A stretch of DNA of 64,000 nt. Origin: a virus (Duplodnaviria > Caudoviricetes). The notes under the pieces are model-generated. The model had not been told where the DNA came from and ran no database searches. It was given only the letters and a program-made list of their open reading frames with translations. This document shows positions 57,734 through 64,000 of this stretch, piece by piece. The stretch's first letter is position 1; the number at the start of each line of letters is the position of its first letter. Made by a program: the position numbers and the translations under genes. The stretch is from positions 1,260 through 65,259 of IMG/VR virus record IMGVR_UViG_3300021364_000018, one strand, 5' to 3'.

Positions 57734-58546
57734 TTATGTCTTTTTCTTGGGTAATTTTGACTTGGGAACCTGTAGAACATATCTGTTTTCTACCACTTTT
57801 GGTTTCTCTTGTTCAACTCTTCTTGCAATCAGACCAGTTGTTGACACCAGTAGTAACACCGCCAAGGGGTCGAACACGAAAATGAGTGCAAAAATCACCC
57901 ACCTCACGGCGTTGTCAAGGTACTTGACAGACTCTTCTTGACCGTATATTACTTCTGCAACATACTTAATTGGTCCTATTTCACTCTCTTGTTCTAATTG
58001 TAATCGTTCAAGAGGTAGTTTTTGTTCATTTAATAATACTATATCATCTATGATAATGTCAATATCATTTGCAATTTCTTTTCTTTCGTCTTGTTGTCTT
58101 CTATCGATATAGTTTCTATCTTGGGGTCTTGCAGTTTCTATAACTTGGTCAAGTGTTGCAACCCTACTCTCTAATCTATTGAGTTGTGATTCTTTTGCAT
58201 CTATTCTTTTATCGATGATTGACATCTCTAATGTATACGAATCTCCAACTAATGTTGTTTCTATATTCGCCTTAGATAGATAACCAAATATACCGAGTGA
58301 TGTTATCAACATGAGAACTACGACTGATGCAGTCAAATAGTATTTCATGTAGTTTAGTTTTTCCCAATAGAGATGTAGATAAGCGGCAGTGACTAATTTA
58401 CCAAACTCTAAAGCACTTGTCATTACTACTACGCCAAGATATGCACCTGCGAATATAGTTGCAAGTCCAATGACTGAGAAGTAAGCGGCGATTCCAGCAA
58501 TGTAGATACTTGTCGCCAATGCTAGATAGTTCAAAAATTTGTTCAT
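57734..58546 (-). CDS. Conserved membrane/coiled-coil protein
   Basis: AAYFSV.GL..IF.G, LE.GKLV, ITS.GIFGYLS, GPIKY, FVFDPLAV. Confidence 0.75.
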   Translation of the reverse strand: MNKFLNYLALATSIYIAGIAAYFSVIGLATIFAGAYLGVVVMTSALEFGKLVTAAYLHLYWEKLNYMKYYLTASVVVLMLITSLGIFGYLSKANIETTLVGDSYTLEMSIIDKRIDAKESQLNRLESRVATLDQVIETARPQDRNYIDRRQQDERKEIANDIDIIIDDIVLLNEQKLPLERLQLEQESEIGPIKYVAEVIYGQEESVKYLDNAVRWVIFALIFVFDPLAVLLLVSTTGLIARRVEQEKPKVVENRYVLQVPKSKLPKKKT

Positions 58547-58549
58547 AAT

Positions 58550-60334
58550 TTATCTGAATCTTTTTAAAAGACCAAAGAGTTTTTTAGAATCTTCTTTATT
58601 CTTCTTCAAGTATTTAGACCGACTTTTCATGAGTGGTATATCAGTCGATACTGCTGAACCTGTAGAGTTGAGAGGTGCATCTTCTGATACCTCATCAAAG
58701 TTCATATACTTTACAAGTTCGTCTGCAAGTTTTATACCTGCTTTGTAGTCACTAGGGTAATGTAAACCTGCAACTACTCTTCCATAAGCACTTTTATCTG
58801 CCATCTTTCTGAGTTCGTCTTTATGCTCTGGATATTTTTCACTGTAGTAATTTGCTACTACATATGATTGAACAGTATGACCACTAGGGTATGATGGTGT
58901 ATTTGCTGTTCCTGTTTTGAATTTCTTAAAAGGTATCTTTAGTGCTTCTGCAATCTGATATGGTCTTGGTCTATTGAATATGTTTTTATAATGTCTTTGA
59001 ACTGGTGTAGATTGGTCTTCTAAGTATTCTATGACATCATCACTGTAATCTAGACCGACTTCGTTTAGATACTCTTTGATGTAATACGATGTATCTTTAT
59101 CAGTCATCTTGTATTCTATTTGTAGTTCTTTACTTGCACCGTTGACTTCTTTTTGTATTGTTTCTATCTCTTGTCTAGTAGTTTTAGAATCATTCTTAGG
59201 TGGTTCAGGTAATTTTATAGATGACCATTGGTCGTTGAAAACTTTTATCTTTTTGTATTTTGCTTTTTTCAAATCTTTTGAAGGTGCAAATTGCATATCG
59301 TTCATCTCTAAGATGTTTACGATTCTCATTTCTGATACACCTTTGGGTTCATTGTTCTTATCGAGACCAATTGCTTTATCTACTGCTCTTGCACCTTTCT
59401 CTACAGTATCACCCATTTTTTGTGCCCATTTGACCATTCTCTCTTTCATGACCTTACCCGCTTCAGTTTGACCTGCGCTTTGTAGACCTGAATAAGTTAA
59501 TGCTAGTGCAAGACCTGTAGCACCTCCCATCCATATAGGAAGACCACCTGTTGCTATACCTGCTGATAATAGACCCATACCCTTTATGCCATCAGGCGTT
59601 GCAATTAGTTCTCTAAAACCTGCTTCACCTGCAAATGCTTGAGGTATAATAGTCAAGTCAAAATCTGATTCGATATCACCTGAGAATGACATTCTTAACC
59701 ATTGTCCGATTGCAAGACCTGAAACTGCAACAGCAGATAGTGTAGATAGAGGTTTGTTCTTCTGCATAAACTCATCTACTTTGATGATACCCTTTTCTAA
59801 TTTTTGAAACGAATCAGTATCATGTATAGCGGCACCGCCAACTGTTAGTGATTTACCAATAGTTCTGAGTGACCCCATAACAACTCTTGATGCACCTGTT
59901 ATACCTGCACCCAATGCTTTTACTGTATTGTATACTGATGGTTCTTTGAATGCAATCGCAACTGTTTCTATGTCAGCGTCAACAGCATCTATGACACTTC
60001 TGACATGTTGTTTTAAATCTTTGACTGTATCAGGAAGTTCTGGTTGTTCTTGTTCTGGTGCAACCTCACCCTCTTCACCTTCTGGTTTCTCTTCGTCATC
60101 AGGTATTTCATGGTCGTCATCAGACATCGCATCTCTTTTCTTTGCGAGTTCTTTTGCTTTCTTAGAATTTGGGTGGTCTTTTAGATATTGTTCTTGTTCA
60201 TCAGGAGTCATGTCGAAGAACCATGCATCCTTCTTATTGTCTTCTAATAATATCTCTTCACATATCTTATCTATCGCATCACAATATTGTCTGTATTCTT
60301 CGTCAATATGATATAATACTTCGTTAATATACAT
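58550..60334 (-). CDS. Multidomain protein with C-terminal PAP2 / vanadium-haloperoxidase-type phosphatase domain
   Basis: K..F.RPRP (C1), PSYPSGH (C2), R..AGLHYPSD (C3). Confidence 0.8.
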   Translation of the reverse strand: MYINEVLYHIDEEYRQYCDAIDKICEEILLEDNKKDAWFFDMTPDEQEQYLKDHPNSKKAKELAKKRDAMSDDDHEIPDDEEKPEGEEGEVAPEQEQPELPDTVKDLKQHVRSVIDAVDADIETVAIAFKEPSVYNTVKALGAGITGASRVVMGSLRTIGKSLTVGGAAIHDTDSFQKLEKGIIKVDEFMQKNKPLSTLSAVAVSGLAIGQWLRMSFSGDIESDFDLTIIPQAFAGEAGFRELIATPDGIKGMGLLSAGIATGGLPIWMGGATGLALALTYSGLQSAGQTEAGKVMKERMVKWAQKMGDTVEKGARAVDKAIGLDKNNEPKGVSEMRIVNILEMNDMQFAPSKDLKKAKYKKIKVFNDQWSSIKLPEPPKNDSKTTRQEIETIQKEVNGASKELQIEYKMTDKDTSYYIKEYLNEVGLDYSDDVIEYLEDQSTPVQRHYKNIFNRPRPYQIAEALKIPFKKFKTGTANTPSYPSGHTVQSYVVANYYSEKYPEHKDELRKMADKSAYGRVVAGLHYPSDYKAGIKLADELVKYMNFDEVSEDAPLNSTGSAVSTDIPLMKSRSKYLKKNKEDSKKLFGLLKRFR

Positions 60335-60941
60335 CTTCTGCTGTGAATAGAACTCTATCTTCGCCTATTCTTCCCTCGTATATGAGTATGCCATATCCGA
60401 TACTTTTCTCTGATATATGCGATACAATTGATTTTGCAGGATAGATTTTTATCTCTTCGTTCTCATCAAAGTTTTGTTTGATTTGAGTTCTAAGTCGATA
60501 TTCATCTTGTATAGATAACTTGCCAACATTTTGTGCTTCTGATAGTTGTTCTGGTGTAAGTAGACCTTCATTCTTTAAATGTCTATAGAAGTCTTCAAAT
60601 AGTTGGTCAGATTGTTCTGAATCTAATTCTGCATGTTCTTTTAGAAGTGCAAGTGCGACAGCGTATGAAGCGAATGCAGTCTTACCACCTGGTAATTTAC
60701 CGAGTAGTTTCTTCAAGTTGAATACTAATCTATGTAAAGGTGTAAGAGAGTTCTTCTCTTCTTTTGTCTTAGGATTGTTTTCTACAAACTGATTCTTAAT
60801 CTCTGGATGAGGAATCTTTTTAATTCTATTGCCATCTCTGTCAATAAAACCAAACTTATAAGCAGGAGTCTTTTGAAAATCTGTTGTTAACATTTTCAAA
60901 ATCCTGAATACGATTAAACTGTCTATTACTCTTCCGACCAT
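60324..60941 (-). CDS. Conserved T4-like hypothetical protein
   Basis: D....R.LK.L...F...AY..G.ID..G, T..HRLVFNLK, SYA.AL.L. Confidence 0.75.
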   Translation of the reverse strand: MVGRVIDSLIVFRILKMLTTDFQKTPAYKFGFIDRDGNRIKKIPHPEIKNQFVENNPKTKEEKNSLTPLHRLVFNLKKLLGKLPGGKTAFASYAVALALLKEHAELDSEQSDQLFEDFYRHLKNEGLLTPEQLSEAQNVGKLSIQDEYRLRTQIKQNFDENEEIKIYPAKSIVSHISEKSIGYGILIYEGRIGEDRVLFTAEDVY

Positions 60942-60967
60942 AATATCTATTTATGCAATCTGAATGA

Positions 60968-61339
60968 CTACAATTCTCTGAGTCTAGCGATTAAAGTATC
61001 ATCAAGAGGTATTTCGGTCATCCAATCTTCTTCTATAAGTTCTAAGTATAATAACATAGTCTTTATAGATGACCAGTGTTTGTCTTCCTTTATCTTAAAC
61101 TGTAACATTCTCATGCAAGGGTCGAAACCGAATACATTGAATAAACATATGATATGGTTCAACATGAGGCGTTCCCTCAGTTCACCATTTTCGTGATAAC
61201 GATGTAGTAATCGTTTTAGATATCTGAACCTTCGTAAGTCTTCTTGAAAATCCTCAATGTCTTCACATTGGGGGTCATCGTAATACTTCATAGCGAATGC
61301 TTGAAAGTTCTTTGCTGTGATTTTGTCAAATAGACCCAT
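60968..61339 (-). CDS. Conserved T4-like hypothetical protein
   Basis: FA.K.YD.P.C...F.EDL.RF.Y.KRL...ERL.LNH.I...NVF. Confidence 0.8.
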   Translation of the reverse strand: MGLFDKITAKNFQAFAMKYYDDPQCEDIEDFQEDLRRFRYLKRLLHRYHENGELRERLMLNHIICLFNVFGFDPCMRMLQFKIKEDKHWSSIKTMLLYLELIEEDWMTEIPLDDTLIARLREL

Positions 61340-61361
61340 AATATAGTAGTATGTATAATGT

Positions 61362-61386
61362 AAAAAAGGGTCTAATAAAGACCCTA
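61362..61386 (-). terminator. Rho-independent terminator
   Basis: AGGGTCT-TTATT-AGACCCT followed by a T run on the minus strand. Confidence 0.75.
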
Positions 61387-61390
61387 ATCT

Positions 61391-61843
61391 TTACACTAAA
61401 TTGCCGTAAACTTTAAATGAACCTGTTTCTAACTGTTCGTATTTAACTTTTAAGTTTACAATTTTTTCTTCTTTATCGAATTCATCATGTGGTGTGTCTA
61501 CTGACTTACCAAATGTTTCTCCGTATCTAGAAAATTGTAGGTCGAGTTCACCTGTTCCTGAGAACTCTTCTTCTTGCACAACTCCGTGTCCTTCTGTTGA
61601 CACTTTCTTATGCAAACCGAGTAATGAAAGTTTACTTTCCATCTGAGCGATTGCCGCTTTTGGATTCATAAACTCACTTACTGCAACATGACCTAAAACT
61701 GCGTTAATTTTGTTCTTAACATCTACATCATCTATATCATAAGGGACTTTTGATGAACTCAATCCTGCCCCACCTGATACTAGTCCAGCATCATGGAATG
61801 CAAGAGCGGTATTCTCTTCTAAGTAATCTTTAAATGATTTCAT
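61391..61843 (-). CDS. Probable head-associated protein
   Basis: N-terminus MKSFKDYLEE resembles the T4 internal-protein capsid targeting sequence. Confidence 0.6.
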   Translation of the reverse strand: MKSFKDYLEENTALAFHDAGLVSGGAGLSSSKVPYDIDDVDVKNKINAVLGHVAVSEFMNPKAAIAQMESKLSLLGLHKKVSTEGHGVVQEEEFSGTGELDLQFSRYGETFGKSVDTPHDEFDKEEKIVNLKVKYEQLETGSFKVYGNLV

Positions 61844-61867
61844 ATTTTTCCCCTGTTAAATTGTTGA

Positions 61868-62152
61868 TTAACTATCTGCTAATACAGTATCGTCATCAAC
61901 ATCTGGTGTTCCAACATCTGAATCGTCATCAAAGTCAGCGACATCAGCGCCCATTGAACCTGATGACATTGCTACCAATGTTTCCCATTGAGTTCTTGAA
62001 CCGACCACTTTTCTTTTGACCCAACCTTCTGACTTAACACCTGCATTAGCAGCGACTTCTGCTGTATCAGCACCATATGTGTCTGCTTTATCTGCTGTGT
62101 TAAGGTATTTTGGTTTAGATGCTTCGTTATCTAATAATCCCCAAAGTGCCAT
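61868..62152 (-). CDS. Small virion protein
   Basis: MALWG..D...KPKYL ... GWV ... ETLVAM motif. Confidence 0.6.
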   Translation of the reverse strand: MALWGLLDNEASKPKYLNTADKADTYGADTAEVAANAGVKSEGWVKRKVVGSRTQWETLVAMSSGSMGADVADFDDDSDVGTPDVDDDTVLADS

Positions 62153-62161
62153 GTTATTCTC

Positions 62162-62743
62162 CTAAAATTTATTTGCGACTTTCAATATCGCATTAAAAGT
62201 CTTCTTAAATGTATTACTATCTTTTTGTAATAGTTGTAAGTATTTAGTCCGAATAGGTGCTTTAACCTTCATTAAAGTGTCATGAACTATACGAGCATCT
62301 TTGTTTTTGACCTTAGTCTTTTTCATGTCGTCTGTTCTGACTTCGCCATCTTTTGTTAAATCTTTGAAACTTCTCAATTGCATTAACATAGCGGCGTCTG
62401 GTCTATTCTGAACACCTTTTGCTTTAGAATTAAATGCATCTAAAGCTCTTTGATAAACCTCATCTTCTTCTGCTTCTGAGTATTTACCTTTTGCCATGGT
62501 TGAAATCTTCATCAACCTTGATTTTAAATCTTTTTCATTCTTCGCTTGTGATACTGCACGAGCAATCTTTTTATTACCTGCATCAGACATCATAGAAAAG
62601 TCTGCAATCTTTTCCATGACTGCATTTACTTCTTTCGACTTCTTAACATAACCTAATTTCAAAAGTTTCTTCTTAAATGCTTTAGTTCTTGCATCAGAAG
62701 TTAGAACTTTCTCAATAGTTTGTTCTACTTCTTTTCTATCCAT
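62162..62743 (-). CDS. Lys-rich hypothetical, probably head-associated
   Basis: DARTK.FK....KL.Y and ..QLR...D motifs. Confidence 0.6.
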   Translation of the reverse strand: MDRKEVEQTIEKVLTSDARTKAFKKKLLKLGYVKKSKEVNAVMEKIADFSMMSDAGNKKIARAVSQAKNEKDLKSRLMKISTMAKGKYSEAEEDEVYQRALDAFNSKAKGVQNRPDAAMLMQLRSFKDLTKDGEVRTDDMKKTKVKNKDARIVHDTLMKVKAPIRTKYLQLLQKDSNTFKKTFNAILKVANKF

Positions 62744-63881
62744 TACTTAGTCGTTCTGCTTTGTCTCTGAGTGCTTCTAATTTGTCTTGAGCATCCCAAA
62801 CTTTATTTTGATATCTTCTTAGAGCTTGTCTACCTTCACCTCTATCACCTGCTTGAGACTTAAACTTTCTTGCCCTTTGAAGTTCAGCGGTTGCTCTTTC
62901 TATTTGTTTTCTTAATGTTTCAGGCACTTCTTCTTCTAATGATTCATTGTATGGGAAACCTTTTAAAGGATTCTTATCGAATTCATTTGAAGCGGCGAGT
63001 AGTTTCTTTGCATCAACTCTATCATGAAACTTGAATGTATGTGTCTTACGAGTCTTATCATCTTGAACAGTATAACCTGTTGCGGATTTCTTGACAATTT
63101 TACCCATGTGTTTATTGCCTTTTGAATCGTAATAGTCTAACTCTAGACCAACTCTTGCATCTTTCTTAGTTTCTGTGCCCATACCTTTTTGTGCAAGTTT
63201 TCTGTAGTTCTCTGACATCTGTATTTTAGGTTTAAACTTCTGCATGACTTGTTTATGATACTTAGTCATGTCTTTGTTACCTGCATCTACAGCAAGTTCA
63301 CCACCATTTAGATTATCATCATTGATGTCAAAACTCATAAGATTAACACTTTTAAGCATGTTCATTGCCTTTTGAGCATCATTCTTATTTTTAAATTTGT
63401 ATTCTACATACGATACTTTCTCAGTCATCATCTCTCTGTATGTGTCCATGACATCAAAAGATTCTCTTGTAGGTTTCTTAGGTGCAGGATTCTTTCTTCT
63501 CATGTCAACGATTGCAGTCCAGAGTTCTTCTCTAGTCATTGTGTCGCCTGAACCTGCATCTTTGAATTGCATCGCAAAATACTTTTCCATCTTATCATAG
63601 ATTTCATCAGCGCTTAAAAATGATTTGATATAACTTCTAAGTTCTCTGTTTGCTTTTGCGTTGTATTGTGCGTTGACTCTTGCCTTCTTATGAATAAATG
63701 CAAAGTAGTAATCATTGTCATAGACAGGATAACTTAAAGATAACCAAGAACTCTTCAATGCGCTATTGTTATAATAGTGAGTGCCTTTATCGTTCTTTAC
63801 AATCCAATCTTGTTCTTTCTTGTTTATACCAACCTTCTTTGCAAAGACTTCGATTGGCATTTCTTTTGACATTTTTGCCAT
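62736..63881 (-). CDS. Modular Lys-rich protein, probably head-associated
   Basis: Short modules separated by xxE junctions (TRES, MMTE, QMSE, YNES). Confidence 0.6.
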   Translation of the reverse strand: MAKMSKEMPIEVFAKKVGINKKEQDWIVKNDKGTHYYNNSALKSSWLSLSYPVYDNDYYFAFIHKKARVNAQYNAKANRELRSYIKSFLSADEIYDKMEKYFAMQFKDAGSGDTMTREELWTAIVDMRRKNPAPKKPTRESFDVMDTYREMMTEKVSYVEYKFKNKNDAQKAMNMLKSVNLMSFDINDDNLNGGELAVDAGNKDMTKYHKQVMQKFKPKIQMSENYRKLAQKGMGTETKKDARVGLELDYYDSKGNKHMGKIVKKSATGYTVQDDKTRKTHTFKFHDRVDAKKLLAASNEFDKNPLKGFPYNESLEEEVPETLRKQIERATAELQRARKFKSQAGDRGEGRQALRRYQNKVWDAQDKLEALRDKAERLSNG

Positions 63882-64000
63882 GATTTACCTCGGCATTCCT
63901 TTTGCTACTTTACCTCTTCGCATCTTTTTCATGATGCTTCTTTCCATGTTTTCTTCGATTGCATCTTCCCAAATTTGACGATTACTCTCATTCGCCATAG
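63881..64000 (-). CDS. C-terminal fragment of an upstream gene (starts beyond the window)
   Basis: Open frame ...MANESNRQIWEDAIEENMERSIMKKMRRGKVAKGMPR* ending near 63885. Confidence 0.4.

Noticed and set aside
1-64000. Stop-codon reassignment
   Set aside because: Core genes are full length in the standard code and TAA, TAG and TGA all act as stops

Overview
AT-rich segment of a large T4-like myophage genome, probably aquatic. The host is probably a Gram-negative proteobacterium, inferred from the spanins, KdsB and a gammaproteobacterial-type bS21. From 1 to 25.2 kb lies the baseplate/tail module: VrlC-like protein, gp8, gp7, gp6, gp25, gp5, gp27-like hub, gp53, gp48, then on the other strand gp4, gp2, gp54, gp26, gp51 and a tape-measure-like gene, with a HAD + KdsB cassette inserted. 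From 25 to 58 kb are replication, transcription and auxiliary genes: bS21, gp32, gp59, gp33, exonuclease, RNase H, IscA, a split carbamoyltransferase, seven 2OG-Fe(II) oxygenases, spanins, glutaredoxin, NrdAB and primase. From 58 to 64 kb are probable head-associated proteins, including a PAP2 fusion. No tRNA, CRISPR array, intron or intein was seen. The most notable unannotated signals are: (1) a slippery T8 site that would fuse gp26 to gp51 by a -1 frameshift upstream of the tape measure gene; (2) at least 15 promoters placed 4-7 nt from a start codon, implying pervasive leaderless mRNAs; (3) several highly structured intergenic RNAs, one displaying a perfect Shine-Dalgarno sequence in a loop and one directly upstream of phage bS21. 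Points 2 and 3 together suggest a possible phage translation-control system. All product calls come from recognising sequence motifs and gene order by eye; no searches were run.
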